From sequence record OW967251.1: a DNA stretch of 64,000 bases, one strand, 5' to 3'. Source of the stretch: a plasmid. The notes under the pieces are model-generated. The model had not been told where the DNA came from. It made no database searches and was given only the letters and a program-made list of their open reading frames with translations. Of the stretch, positions 19,712-32,046 are shown one piece after another (position 1 is the stretch's first letter; the number at the start of each line of letters is the position of its first letter). The translations under genes and the position numbers were made by a program.

Positions 19712-20206
19712 ATGAAAGTCACTGAACCCGGACTGAATACGCTGATCGATAACCTGAACACCCTGATTTGTGAGGACAGCCTGCTCACGCGCCAGGAGCG
19801 TGAAACCCTGGTGCGGGCCGTGGCGGCCATCGGCGCCATGAAAGCACGCGTCAGCATGAAAAAAGGCGAAGCGCCGACCGTTGCCAGACGGGAAAAAAGG
19901 GAGAAAAAAGACCGCCAGCCTGATCCGCGTTTTCCGCGAGCCGGTCATCCCTGGCAGGAAGACGAAAAAACCTTACTGAGTGATGCGCTTGAACCGGTCC
20001 CGGATGAAGAGATCGGTACGCATCTTTTCTGGCTTTCCGAGAAACTGGGCAGAACGCCTTTCAGTGTTGCTTTCCAGATCGCGGCAATCAGGGAGCTGCA
20101 GGACGGCTGGGAGGAGCAGTTCAGGGAGATTTCGGATAAAATTCGCTTGTCCGGCCTGAGCATCAGTGATTATCTGAAGCAGAACGGCACGGGCCATAAC
20201 GCCTGA
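19712..20206 (+). CDS. hypothetical protein with SANT/Myb-like putative DNA-binding segment
   Basis: The segment HPWQEDEKTLLSDALE...THLFWLSEKLGRTPFSVAFQIAAI has the W/acidic/GRT spacing of Myb/SANT-like helices. It is preceded by a Lys/Arg-rich linker. Confidence 0.4.
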   Translation: MKVTEPGLNTLIDNLNTLICEDSLLTRQERETLVRAVAAIGAMKARVSMKKGEAPTVARREKREKKDRQPDPRFPRAGHPWQEDEKTLLSDALEPVPDEEIGTHLFWLSEKLGRTPFSVAFQIAAIRELQDGWEEQFREISDKIRLSGLSISDYLKQNGTGHNA

Positions 20207-20246
20207 AGAAATTTGCGTTACAGAAAAATTATATAACTGAGGGGCA

Positions 20247-20618
20247 GTGATGAAAACAGCGATATGGGTGGTGGTGTATTTCACGATGTGTTTTCTGCTT
20301 TTCACAGGCTGGATTTTCGCCTTTGCGCAGTATGCGCCCTATAACGGGCAGGAACACGCGTTTTCTCTGACGTATCTGCTTAATTTATTTTTTCTTCATG
20401 TAGTGATGGTACCTTACTACGAGTTTTTTCAGACTGAAATATACAGCAATGTATTAATGAGTCTGGCAGATGAATCCGGTCAGATGATACGTTTTCATCA
20501 CGTGGTACCTGTTCTAGGGATATATAGTCTGTCCGCACTCTTAACTTTTGTAGGTTACATCATATATGCAAAATGGTTCACTCATAACCGGCTGAAAGGA
20601 AATCTTCTTCCAAAATGA
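20247..20618 (+). CDS. hypothetical small membrane protein (123 aa, 3-4 TM)
   Basis: Hydrophobic segments. AT-rich, in contrast to the three upstream GC-rich ORFs. Confidence 0.4.
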   Translation: MMKTAIWVVVYFTMCFLLFTGWIFAFAQYAPYNGQEHAFSLTYLLNLFFLHVVMVPYYEFFQTEIYSNVLMSLADESGQMIRFHHVVPVLGIYSLSALLTFVGYIIYAKWFTHNRLKGNLLPK

Positions 20619-20698
20619 AATTACCGGGACACCTCAGGATATAAAAAACCAATGACGAAACAGGAATGGATTTTAAGACTACGCCGCTGTACATCTAA

Positions 20699-21894
<1,196 letters not shown>

Positions 21895-22103
21895 CTAAGG
21901 AAACTCTGGAAAGGATAATAGAAAAAAATAAATATTCCCTGACGGATGACGAACTTGAGCACTTTAATGCCGCAGTGGATCACCGGCTGGCGGAAATGGC
22001 AATGGGGAAGTTTTATGATAAAATTCCTGCAGGCGTCTGGAAATATGTTAAATAAAACAGCCAGCATCAGTCTGTTCGCAGTTATCTCACCTGGAGCGCA
22101 ATC

Positions 22104-22361
22104 ATGAATATGATATTTGAACTGATTGGATTGTTACTTGTAGTCGGATGCGCATTCTTCACCACTTTTTTCTTAGCCGCAGTAGCAGGCACTATGGTAG
22201 TTATTTTTGGGTGGGGAATTTCTATTGTCACCCCGAAGTTGGTTACCTGTACTAATGATTGCATCACTACTGTTTTTGATGCCAAACCCTTTGGCTGGCT
22301 TCTGATTGTGTTTTCATTAACCATGATGTTCTTTATTATCAGAGGTATGATTAAACGTTAG
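22104..22361 (+). CDS. hypothetical small membrane protein (85 aa, 2 TM)
   Basis: Two long hydrophobic stretches. Good spacing to the following ORF. Confidence 0.35.
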   Translation: MNMIFELIGLLLVVGCAFFTTFFLAAVAGTMVVIFGWGISIVTPKLVTCTNDCITTVFDAKPFGWLLIVFSLTMMFFIIRGMIKR

Positions 22362-22418
22362 ATTGCCTTTAGTGTGTAGTTAAATCATCATCATAACAGC
22401 GTTAATCTGAAACTGATA

Positions 22419-22691
22419 TTGCCGGAGGGGATCATCATGACGGGAAGAGGCATTAACACAGTACGTATCGGCGATGAAGTGAAGCACATCACCGAGCTCG
22501 ATGCACTAACACTCATGCATGAATGGTCAAAGCTTAAAAAAGAAAATGCAGACCTGTATGACTATAACGGTCAGGTTAACCGGGGGTGGCGCGGCTTTAT
22601 TCTTCGCATGATGGGTATCCATTTGCCTGATAACGACCGTGTTCGTCTTCAGGGCATTAATGCCAGAAAAGACTCCATCTATCCAGAATGA
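22419..22691 (+). CDS. hypothetical protein (start may be the ATG at 22437)
   Basis: ORF with GGAGGGG RBS-like sequence upstream. No recognisable motif. Confidence 0.35.
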   Translation: MPEGIIMTGRGINTVRIGDEVKHITELDALTLMHEWSKLKKENADLYDYNGQVNRGWRGFILRMMGIHLPDNDRVRLQGINARKDSIYPE

Positions 22692-22832
22692 AGCCACGCC
22701 TGCAGCGATAATGAGCTGACTATTGCAGAAGATCAGCCATCATTTTTCATTAAATGTATGATATTTAACATAAAACGCATTATCGGTACTTTGAAGTGTA
22801 TAGCATTTGCTATACGTTCGTGTTGTGTTATT

Positions 22833-22856
22833 CTTGTATATCAATTGCTATACAAG
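22833..22856. promoter_or_regulatory. palindromic operator candidate CTTGTATA-TCAATTGC-TATACAAG upstream of the antitoxin gene
   Basis: Perfect 8-bp inverted arms with a near-palindromic centre. A partial repeat TTGCTATAC lies ~20 bp upstream. 11 bp before the antitoxin ATG. Confidence 0.4.
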
Positions 22857-22866
22857 AGAGGTGTGT

Positions 22867-23603
<737 letters not shown>

Positions 23604-23802
23604 CTGGTTGCTGGAATGGGAAAGTAGCTGGTTACCGTCTTAACATATTGATTTTTATGTTATTTATTTTAATATTTAACATAATCTTTGTTATGCGCAC
23701 CTGTATTGTAACTCCAATATTCTGATGTCACTTTTAACCCATTTAGTGATGTCACTTTTTCTGGCATAAAGGATCCAATCCTCAGGCCATGGAGACATCA
23801 GG

Positions 23803-25161
23803 ATGCTTGTGACCATGTCAGATAAAGAACTCAGTCGGATCAACATCATTCAGTCAGTTGTTGAAAAGCGCATGCGCCGTCGCGACGCTGCTCATCAGCT
23901 TGCTTTGACCGAACGTCAGACACAGCGTTTGATGAACCGCTTTCGTGAATCTGGTGCTGCAGGTCTGGCAAACCTTCGACGAGGACGCCCCGGTAATCAC
24001 AGACTTCCTGAGTCACTGAAGCTGCGTGTACTTTCTTTACTTCACGATCATTACAGCGACTTTGGACCAACGCTGGCCGCAGAAAAATTGCGCGAACGCC
24101 ATAACATCACGGTGTCTGTTGAAACACTGAGAAAATGGATGACGGCTGATGGACTCTGGGTCCCATACTCACGTCGCAGGCCACGTGTTCATCAACCCAG
24201 ATACCGGCGTGACTGCCTTGGAGAACTTGTTCAGATCGATGGTTCCCCGCATGACTGGTTTGAAGGACGTGCCCCCAAATGCTGCCTGCTCGTCTTCATT
24301 GATGATGCTACTGGGCGCCTGATGCACCTCCGTTTCGGCGAGACTGAATCAGCCTTTGATTACATGATGGCCACCCGCGCGTATCTTGAACAGCATGGCA
24401 AACCACTGGCGTTCTACAGCGATAAGCACGGCATTTTCAGGGTCAATAATGGTGGCACTACCACAACTGGAATCACTCAGTTCGGCCGGGTGCTTTCCGA
24501 ACTGGGGATCGAGTTGATATGCGCCAACAGCCCGCAAGCTAAAGGTCGCGTTGAGCGCGCAAACCAGACTCTTCAGGATCGACTTATCAAAGAAATGCGG
24601 CTTGAAGGCATCAGCAGCATCGAGGATGCCAATGCCTGGCTGGATTCCTTCATTATTGACTTCAATCGTCGTTTTGCCAGACCAGCAAAATATCCCAAAG
24701 ACCTGCATCGACCGGTGCTTGAAAGCTCTGAAGATCTGGATGATATCTTTGCTTGGCAGGAATCACGAAAACTCTCGAAAACACTGACTTTCCGTTACGA
24801 TAAGATGATATATCTCGTTGAACCTACGGAAGAAAATACCAGAATTGCAGGTGAAAAAATCACAGTTTACGACTACCCAAATGGTACGCTGGCGTTTAAA
24901 TATGGCTACCGATCACTCAATTATCAGGTCTTCGATAAACTGGAATGCATCGACCAGGGGCAAATCGTTGATAACAAACGGCTCGGTGCTGTACTGAAAC
25001 TGGCTCAGGACAAGATGGATGAATTGGATCGAGAGGGAAAGCGAGATAGGAGTAAAAAAATGCCCAAACGACGTGCACAAGCCCGGGTTCAGGAGCAACT
25101 CAGAGCCATCAACCCCGTACTGGCTAATCCTGAAGAGTTCCGAGCCAGTCTGAAACGCTAG
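23803..25161 (+). CDS. DDE transposase, ISNCY/IS1202-group-like (IS481-like rve integrase core)
   Basis: 452 aa. N-terminal HTH, rve core with ...DKHGIF...ANSPQAKGRVERANQTLQ..., basic C-terminus. Flanked by subterminal GTGACAT(T) repeats at ~23730-23760 and 25550-25590. Family assignment is from memory. Confidence 0.55.
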   Translation: MLVTMSDKELSRINIIQSVVEKRMRRRDAAHQLALTERQTQRLMNRFRESGAAGLANLRRGRPGNHRLPESLKLRVLSLLHDHYSDFGPTLAAEKLRERHNITVSVETLRKWMTADGLWVPYSRRRPRVHQPRYRRDCLGELVQIDGSPHDWFEGRAPKCCLLVFIDDATGRLMHLRFGETESAFDYMMATRAYLEQHGKPLAFYSDKHGIFRVNNGGTTTTGITQFGRVLSELGIELICANSPQAKGRVERANQTLQDRLIKEMRLEGISSIEDANAWLDSFIIDFNRRFARPAKYPKDLHRPVLESSEDLDDIFAWQESRKLSKTLTFRYDKMIYLVEPTEENTRIAGEKITVYDYPNGTLAFKYGYRSLNYQVFDKLECIDQGQIVDNKRLGAVLKLAQDKMDELDREGKRDRSKKMPKRRAQARVQEQLRAINPVLANPEEFRASLKR

Positions 25162-25639
25162 CCCCCTGCTCTGTTCTGTTTTTTTACCTTTAGCAGTGTG
25201 ATGGAGTGCAAGCTTCTGAAAACACGTCAGTTGGTTTTATAACCATGAACCCTCATTTCATATTTGGCATTACTGCCACAGTTCGTAAATATGAATCTGT
25301 TTGTCACTCAAGGAGATTTTTATGGGTATTAAACCTGGCCCAAAGCCGATTGCTGAATCAACTGGCAAAGAAGATAAAAGAAGGCGTGTCACTCCGGAAA
25401 ACAAGCCAAAGCATCCCGGACTGAAGGAACACGACCATAAAAAAGGGGAATAACAGCTTATTGGTATAGCCTCTCATCACAGGCATGGACGTCATTCATG
25501 CCTGCTTTCCTCTGACATAAACCAACTTCTCTCTCTTCACATCTCTTAAGGTGACATTTCTAACTGGCTGAATTTGGTGACATTTTAAGCTTGCAATAAC
25601 ATGTATTGTAGGGGCTCAATGCTAATGTCTATTAGGGGG

Positions 25640-26863
25640 CTGCGGATGTTTTCCTGGACTGTTATGTTGTGATCCCAAGATGCTGCCGGTACTTCACAGG
25701 ACTCATTGCACCTAATGATAGCTTGATACGTTTCTCGTTATACCAGCGTATGTACCTGTCCAGGAAGCAGATAAATTTTTCCAGCGTGATACCCGCCCAG
25801 TCTCTGCCATAGAACATTTCGTTTTTGATACGCCCGAAGAAGCCTTCACACGCAGCATTATCCGACGAGCATCCTTTGCGCGACATGGACCTTATAAGTC
25901 CGGAGGTGTTGATACGCTCGAGCCAGCCCGGCCACCGGTAATGGCCACCACGATCGCTGTGTATCACTGGTTTATCATGTTCGTTGAGCGTATCGAGTGC
26001 GTCATCGAGCATCGTATTCACCAGCGTCGCGTCCGGGCGTGTTCCTATCGACCAGCTTACAACCAGGCCATCAAAGCAGTCGATAACCGGCGACAGATAG
26101 ACTTTTCCAGCCGGAAGCTGGAACTCCGTAATATCGGTCAGCCACTTCTCATTTGGCCTGCAGGAACTAAAATCCCGGGCGAGTAAATTTTCCGGTGCCG
26201 GGCCGATTTCGCCACAGTAAGAGTTGTATCGTCGTCGCCTGGTGCGCTTAACAACGAGCTGCTCTTCTGCCATCAGTCTGCGGACAACCTTTTCAGAAAT
26301 AACCCTGTTGTTACCGCGAAGCATCGCGTGAAGGCGCCGATAGTCGTAACAGCGGTAATTCTCCTCAAAGATATCGGCCATGATCACGCGTATTTCCGCA
26401 TACTTATCGTACAGACGTTTTGGTAAAAATAACAGCTGCGGGCAAGTTGCAGAACGCTTAGCAACTCAGCAACGGGGTACTTTTTCTTAAGGGCATCAAC
26501 TATCAGGGTTTTCTCCCTGTTTTTCAGTTTCAGAAAGCTGACGCCCAGATCTTTTTTTATCAGTTCATTCGCCTTTGTCAGTATGTCACGTTCGAGCTGC
26601 AGCTGATGAACCTGCTTCCTGAGACGCTGGATTTCACCGAGTAAAGCATCCTGATTTTTATCCTGAGGGGCTGACTTTCGTTTGCGCATGGATTGATAAG
26701 CCTCGTCACTGATAAGGTCTTTCTTCCATTTGTACAGGACCGGGACGCTGACGCCTATGCTTTGTGCAACTTTACGCGCGGTTCCACGTCGGTTACAGAG
26801 CTCCCGGACGGCCTGAGACCTCTCTTCCGGGCTGAAGCATTTGTTTCGTGGGGACTGAACCAG
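25640..26863 (-). mobile_element. IS3-family insertion sequence (orfA/orfB with frameshift arrangement); ends approximate
   Basis: orfA (HTH, leucine zipper) and orfB (DDE: DITEF...HSDRGGHY...DNAACE) in a -1 arrangement. Left terminus TGGTTCAGTCCCCACG at ~26848-26863. Confidence 0.55.
25662..26387 (-). CDS. IS3-family transposase OrfB (DDE catalytic domain)
   Basis: DDE motifs and C-terminal SPVKYRQ. Confidence 0.75.
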   Translation of the reverse strand: MIMADIFEENYRCYDYRRLHAMLRGNNRVISEKVVRRLMAEEQLVVKRTRRRRYNSYCGEIGPAPENLLARDFSSCRPNEKWLTDITEFQLPAGKVYLSPVIDCFDGLVVSWSIGTRPDATLVNTMLDDALDTLNEHDKPVIHSDRGGHYRWPGWLERINTSGLIRSMSRKGCSSDNAACEGFFGRIKNEMFYGRDWAGITLEKFICFLDRYIRWYNEKRIKLSLGAMSPVKYRQHLGITT

Positions 26864-26890
26864 GCTTCGATGGCGGGCAGGAACTGCCAC
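26384..26890 (-). CDS. IS3-family transposase OrfA (HTH); true start probably internal (FSPEER...)
   Basis: KCFSPEERSQAVREL HTH start and a leucine-zipper region. The ORF-track start uses a GTG inside the terminal IR. Confidence 0.65.
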   Translation of the reverse strand: MAVPARHRSLVQSPRNKCFSPEERSQAVRELCNRRGTARKVAQSIGVSVPVLYKWKKDLISDEAYQSMRKRKSAPQDKNQDALLGEIQRLRKQVHQLQLERDILTKANELIKKDLGVSFLKLKNREKTLIVDALKKKYPVAELLSVLQLARSCYFYQNVCTISMRKYA

Positions 26891-27003
26891 AGCAGCATGA
26901 GTGCGGCGATGCAGCCAGTGATGACGAGCCAGCGCCGGATGAATCGATCCGGCTCCGGGCGGCTGTAGGGGTCGGGTAGGTCACGTCATTCTCCATGTTG
27001 AAA

Positions 27004-27966
27004 TCAGCGCCAAAGGCCGCCAGTGCGCCAGCGTGGCGGACGTGGTGATACGGTCACTTCGGGGTCGAAACGGGCCGATGGAAACGGCGGCATCGCGGGC
27101 GGCGGAGCTAGTTCTAGCAAGCGCTCAATGCGTTCAGCCGTCGCTGGATGCGTGCGCAACCAGGAGGGTTCCGGATTGCCCCATCCGGGCAGCAGCCAGG
27201 CGCGCCAGGAGCGGCTCACCCGCTCGATCTTGGCGAGCGCTGAGGCCAGCCCGTGCGGGTCGCCGGTCAATTCGGCAGCGAGCCGGTCGGCGTCGAATTC
27301 GCGCACCCTGGACAAGCCCAACTGAGCCAGCAAGGCCAGCTGTGGCGCGACCGCAAGTAGAAGCAACGCGGGCCAATTGACTTCCGTGACTCCAAGCAAT
27401 AGCGTTGGCAAACTGAGCACGATCGCAAGCTGCCCCAACAAGGCCAGAAGATGGGTGAGCCGGCTGATGGAATCGGCCAAGCCCATGACACGCAAATCCT
27501 CGTTCGCAATATGCGCGATTTCGTGGCCGAGCACGCCGGTCAACTCGCGGGGCGTGAGGCTACGCAGCAGGCCGTCGGTCAGCGCGATGGCCGCGTGATG
27601 CTTCGAACCGGTGGCGAAGGCGTTGACGACCCCGCTGGGCACGTAGTGCGGTACCGGCACGGTAGGCAGCCCGGCCCGCGCCGCCAGTTCGCGCAACACA
27701 GCCCAAAGATCGGGCGCTTCATCCGGGTGCAGGGGGCGTGCGCCATACAGCCGCAAGGTCAGCCCGGAGGCGGCCGCCGGTTCAAGCAGCAGGGTGAACC
27801 CCGCAGCCGCAAGCGCCAGCCAAAGCCCGCCGTCACCCAACAGCAGGCTGCCAGCGACGGCGGCAATTCCGAGCAGGGTCAGCACCAACAGCACGGTTTG
27901 CAGGCGATTGTGCCAGCGATGCCGCGCGCCGACATTCTGCGCGTGGCGCAGATCACGACTGATCAT
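27004..27966 (-). CDS. M48-family zinc metallopeptidase (HtpX-like), membrane-anchored
   Basis: HEIAHI zinc-binding motif, N-terminal TM helices and an Ala/Leu-rich membrane region. Start set at MISRD. Confidence 0.7.
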   Translation of the reverse strand: MISRDLRHAQNVGARHRWHNRLQTVLLVLTLLGIAAVAGSLLLGDGGLWLALAAAGFTLLLEPAAASGLTLRLYGARPLHPDEAPDLWAVLRELAARAGLPTVPVPHYVPSGVVNAFATGSKHHAAIALTDGLLRSLTPRELTGVLGHEIAHIANEDLRVMGLADSISRLTHLLALLGQLAIVLSLPTLLLGVTEVNWPALLLLAVAPQLALLAQLGLSRVREFDADRLAAELTGDPHGLASALAKIERVSRSWRAWLLPGWGNPEPSWLRTHPATAERIERLLELAPPPAMPPFPSARFDPEVTVSPRPPRWRTGGLWR

Positions 27967-28441
27967 CTGAGCTTTCCCCGGCTGTCCGGTCATCGCGCTC
28001 GCGCAGCAGCCAGTAAGTCGCCCCGAGGGCCAGTGTCGCGCCTGCAAGCGCCGCGACCTTGGCGGGGCCGGTCTCCGGGTCGAGGATCACGAATTTACGC
28101 GCCAGGGCGATCAGCCCGATCAGGATCACCGTCTTGACCTGGATGATGCTGTCGCGCCGCAAGGCCACCCTCACGATGGAATGCTTGAACTCCATGGCAA
28201 TGAGCAGCGTCATGATCATGCCGAACACGGTCTGGAAGACCTTGTGATCGAGCGGATTGAATGCATCAATGATCAGCAGGCTGAAGACGATCGAGATCAG
28301 CTGCAGCAGCGAGACCACGATGATAACGGCAATGATTGCGGACAGCGCGAGCGCGATCACCTGTTCAAAGCGCTCGTAGAACGTCATCACTGCCCATTGG
28401 GCGCGAAATGTTTTGATCGGGTCTGCTTGCTTTTCCTTCAT
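27953..28441 (-). CDS. PsiE-like (phosphate-starvation-inducible E family) membrane protein
   Basis: About 160 aa with 4 TM helices and the FKHSIVRVALRRDSIIQVKTVILIGLIALARKF pattern. Start at MKEKQ. Confidence 0.55.
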   Translation of the reverse strand: MKEKQADPIKTFRAQWAVMTFYERFEQVIALALSAIIAVIIVVSLLQLISIVFSLLIIDAFNPLDHKVFQTVFGMIMTLLIAMEFKHSIVRVALRRDSIIQVKTVILIGLIALARKFVILDPETGPAKVAALAGATLALGATYWLLRERDDRTAGESSDDQS

Positions 28442-28702
28442 CGCCACTCCTCTCAATTCTGAAATACTTGTGCGCCCACAACTTGGTTGCACCCTTGTCT
28501 TTTTTGCCTGGTAGAGCGCGCTGTCCGCCTGCAGCATCACCTGCTCGACAGAGTGCAAACGGGGGTCAAGGAGAGCCCCCCCCATGCTGGCGCTATAGCT
28601 GATCGACACCTCTCCACACACCACCGCTGTCGCCGCAGTGTCCTGACGAAATCGCTCCGCCCATACTTGGGCGCCTTCTATCGATGCCGCTTCCAACAAC
28701 AC
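28442..28702 (-). pseudogene. GGDEF-domain C-terminal fragment fused in frame upstream of psiE-like
   Basis: ...ISYSASMGGALLDPRLHSVEQVMLQADSALYQAKKTR resembles the end of a diguanylate cyclase domain. No N-terminal part found. Confidence 0.4.
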
Positions 28703-29136
28703 AGCGAATTCCTCCCCCCAATCCGGGCAGCCATGTCGGTTGCGCGAACATGTTCCCTCAACCGTGAAGCAAAGGGGTCGGTGATCACCATACGCAGCAA
28801 CTGCTGCTCTATTTCCTTGCGAGAAGAGATGTCGAACAGAGTACCGACTATCAGTTGCCTGCCCGCGTCACCCAGCCATGGGCCTTGTTCCTCGAAAGTC
28901 GAGTTGCCAGAGGATCAGGTGAACAGATGGGCCGCGCCGTCACGCGAACGGATGGCCAGCGAGCGGGAGGGCAGTGCCGCCGCTGATGAGCAGTCCCCAC
29001 GGCGTGGCCGACTGCTCATCACGCTTGTAGACGCCCGCGTGACCTGCGGCCACGACCGCCACCGCGATCGAGGCCAGGGAGGCTGCCCATGCCAGTGCCA
29101 GGCCGATGGGGTCGGACACGGCAGCCTCGCCCGCCA

Positions 29137-31932
29137 TCAAGATGCGTCGCTCGCCTTCGCGGCATCCGGCTGCTCCGGCTCGGCCGGGGTCTGCGGTGGC
29201 TCTTTGCGTTCGAACACCACGCGTTCGGCCTTGTCGTCCCAGCGTGCGCTGGCGTGATCGCCCTTGCCGATGCCGCCGCCGAGCATCTCGCGCGCCAGCG
29301 CAGTTTCCAGCTCGCTGCGGATCAGGCGCTTGAGTTCACGCGCACCGAACTCGGGCTTGTAGCCTTCTTCCGCGAAATGGTCGATCAGCGTCTGATCGAA
29401 AGTGAGCGTCACGCCCTGGCTGGCGGCGCTGCGCGCCACGCGATCGAGCTGCAGGCCGACGATGTGGCGGATCTCCTCCTTGCCCAGCGCATGGAAGACG
29501 ATGATCTCGTCGATGCGGTTGAGGAACTCGGGCCGGAAATGGCCGCGCAGCACGTCCATGACTCCGGCCTTGGTCTTTTCGTACTCCTCGCCGGCCGCCC
29601 CGCGCGCCTTCAGCCGTCGCTGGATGATGTCCGAACCCAGGTTGGACGTGGCGATGATGATGGTGTTGGTGAAATCCACCACCCGGCCCTTGCCGTCGGT
29701 GAGGCGACCGTCGTCGAACACTTGCAGCAGGATGTTGTATACGTCAGGGTGTGCCTTCTCGATCTCGTCGAGCAGCAGCACGCTGTAGGGCTTGCGCCGC
29801 ACCTTCTCGGTGAGCTGACCGCCTTCGTCGTAACCGACATAGCCCGGAGGCGCGCCCACCAATCGCGCCACGGTATGGCGTTCGCCATATTCCGACATGT
29901 CGATGCGCAACAGGGCGTGCTCATCGCCGTAGATCGATTCGGCCAATGCCTTGGCGAGCTCGGTCTTGCCCACCCCGGTCGGGCCCAGAAACAGGAAGGT
30001 AGCCACCGGTTTGCTGCCTTCACGCAGGCCGGCGCGGGACAGCCGCACGGCATCGGCCACGGCACGGACCGCCTCGTCTTGTCCCACCAGGCGCTCGTGC
30101 AGCCGTTGTTCCAAGTGCAGCAGCTTTTCGCGCTCTTCCACCGTCAACTCGTTGACCGGGATGCCGGTCAGGCGCGAGACGATCTGCGCCACGTGTTCCG
30201 CCTTGACCTCGGCACTGCCGGAGGCCCGCTCCCGCTCCCAGTCCTCGACGAGCTTCTTGAGCTCGGCCTCCTTGGCTTCGATGCGCTTCCCGAGCTCGGC
30301 GGCCTGGTCGTACTGCTTGCGCGCGGCCACGTAATCCTGTTCACGCCGCAGCTGGTGCAGTTCGGACTCCAGCTCCTGCACGGCCACCGGCCGGGCCGTG
30401 GCCGACAGCTTCACGCGCGCGGCCGCCTGGTCGAGCAAGTCGATCGCCTTGTCCGGCAGGAAGCGCGCCGTGATGTAGCGGTCGGACAACTCGGCCGCCG
30501 CGATGATCGCGTCCTCGGAGATGCTGACCTTGTGGTGCGCCTCGAAGGTGTCGCGCAGGCCGCGCAGAATCATGATGGCCTGGGCCACCGTCGGCTCGGG
30601 TACCGTCACCGGCTGGAAGCGCCGCTCCAGTGCGGCATCCTTCTCGATGTATTTCTGGTACTCGTTCAGCGTCGTGGCGCCGATCAGGTTGAGTTCACCG
30701 CGCGCCATCATCGGTTTGAACACGTTGGCCACGTCCAGCCCGCCTTCGCCACCGCCCTGGCCGGCACCGACGATGGTGTGCACCTCGTCGATGAACAAAA
30801 TCAGCTCGCCCTGGTGCTCGGTCACCTCCTTCAGCACCTTCTGCACGCGCTCCTCGAACTCGCCGCGATATTTGGCGCCGGCCACCATGGCGTTGATGTT
30901 GAGTTCCACCAGGCGCTTGTCGCGCAAGGTCTCGGGCACTTCACCCGCCACCATGCGCTGCGCCAGCCCTTCGACGATGGCGGTCTTGCCCACACCCGGC
31001 TCGCCGATCAGCACCGGGTTGTTCTTCTTGCGCCGGGCCAGCACCTCGATGGTGGTTTCGATCTCCTGCGCGCGGCCGATCACCGGGTCGAGCTTGCCGT
31101 CGCGCGCCATCTTGGTCAGGTCGCGCGAGTACTTGTCGAGTTCTGGCGTGTTGGTCGGCGTCTCAGCGCGGCCATCCTCGGCGCCCTTGCCGACCACCTT
31201 GCTGACCTGTTGGCGCAGCGCCTGCGGCGTCAGGCCGTAGCGGCGCAGCAGGTTGGCGGCCAGCCCTTCGCCTTCCTCAGCCAGACCGATCAGGAAATGC
31301 TCTGGACCGACATAAGAATGGCCGAGTTCATTGGAGGCCACGAAGGCGCGGCTGAGCGCATCCTTCACGCGCGGCGACACGCCGATCTCGCCCTCGAAGG
31401 GCTTGTCCCCGCGCTTGGCCTCAGACTCGATCTGCCGCTTGAGGTCATCGACCTTGATCTTGAACTGACCCAGGATGGTCTTGACCACGTCGCTGTCGGC
31501 CAGCGCCAGCAGCAGATGTTCGGTATCCACCTCGGAGCGGCCAAATTCGGCAGCGTGTTTGGCGGCCTCCTGCAGCAAGGCTTCCGACTGTTCGCTGATG
31601 CGGCTGGCCAGCCCACTGCCGCGACGGCGCGGCGCACCCGAACCTGCGGCGGCGGGCTCGCCAAACGAGGCATCGACCACGTCATCGGTATCGGCGGCAA
31701 CTGGCGTCGCGTCGTCGCCGATGCGGAAGAAGTCACTGCCGAGGAAGTCCTCGAACAGGCCGCTGCGCGAGCCGAACAAGGCTTCCAGCGGCGAAACGGT
31801 GCGCTTTTGCTGGCGCACTAATTGCCGGTAATGGTCGTCGCACAACAGCATGGTGCTGTGACGACCGTTGAGATTGGCTTCCACCCGCACGGTGGCGGGT
31901 TGGCCGCAGACCTGGCATTGTTTTCTGGCCAT
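29137..31932 (-). CDS. clpK: ClpK/ClpG-type AAA+ disaggregase (ClpB-like with N-terminal zinc-finger), heat-resistance determinant
   Basis: N-terminal CxxC...C..H zinc-ribbon ([10 protein letters not shown]...LLCDDHY). Two AAA+ modules (GEPGVGKTA; GPTGVGKTE). About 930 aa. Start at MARKQ; the upstream extension in the ORF track comes from a tandem repeat. Confidence 0.85.
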   Translation of the reverse strand: MARKQCQVCGQPATVRVEANLNGRHSTMLLCDDHYRQLVRQQKRTVSPLEALFGSRSGLFEDFLGSDFFRIGDDATPVAADTDDVVDASFGEPAAAGSGAPRRRGSGLASRISEQSEALLQEAAKHAAEFGRSEVDTEHLLLALADSDVVKTILGQFKIKVDDLKRQIESEAKRGDKPFEGEIGVSPRVKDALSRAFVASNELGHSYVGPEHFLIGLAEEGEGLAANLLRRYGLTPQALRQQVSKVVGKGAEDGRAETPTNTPELDKYSRDLTKMARDGKLDPVIGRAQEIETTIEVLARRKKNNPVLIGEPGVGKTAIVEGLAQRMVAGEVPETLRDKRLVELNINAMVAGAKYRGEFEERVQKVLKEVTEHQGELILFIDEVHTIVGAGQGGGEGGLDVANVFKPMMARGELNLIGATTLNEYQKYIEKDAALERRFQPVTVPEPTVAQAIMILRGLRDTFEAHHKVSISEDAIIAAAELSDRYITARFLPDKAIDLLDQAAARVKLSATARPVAVQELESELHQLRREQDYVAARKQYDQAAELGKRIEAKEAELKKLVEDWERERASGSAEVKAEHVAQIVSRLTGIPVNELTVEEREKLLHLEQRLHERLVGQDEAVRAVADAVRLSRAGLREGSKPVATFLFLGPTGVGKTELAKALAESIYGDEHALLRIDMSEYGERHTVARLVGAPPGYVGYDEGGQLTEKVRRKPYSVLLLDEIEKAHPDVYNILLQVFDDGRLTDGKGRVVDFTNTIIIATSNLGSDIIQRRLKARGAAGEEYEKTKAGVMDVLRGHFRPEFLNRIDEIIVFHALGKEEIRHIVGLQLDRVARSAASQGVTLTFDQTLIDHFAEEGYKPEFGARELKRLIRSELETALAREMLGGGIGKGDHASARWDDKAERVVFERKEPPQTPAEPEQPDAAKASDAS

Positions 31933-31946
31933 GCTGATGCTCCTGA

Positions 31947-31975
31947 GAAGGTTGACAAGGTTGACAAGGTTGAGG
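31947..31975. repeat. 3x tandem 9-bp repeat CAAGGTTGA immediately upstream of clpK (TCAACCTTG on the coding strand)
   Basis: GAAGGTTGACAAGGTTGACAAGGTTGAG lies 15-40 bp upstream of the clpK ATG. Confidence 0.5.
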
Positions 31976-32046
31976 CGACGAGGCATCGCGAACCGCGACT
32001 CCTCGTCTCGTGCCGGGTTTTTCTTGTGACGAACGAGCCGGCGACG

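Noticed and set aside
29089-31821. 910-aa plus-strand ORF covering almost all of clpK
   Set aside because: Antisense shadow ORF in ~68% GC DNA. Low-complexity Ala/Arg/Leu/Gly-rich translation with no motifs. The minus-strand ClpK reading is unambiguous.
31933-31986. N-terminal extension MPRRLNLVNLVNLLRSIS of the clpK ORF
   Set aside because: Generated by translating the 9-bp tandem repeat. The ClpK zinc-finger N-terminus starts at MARKQC (31932).
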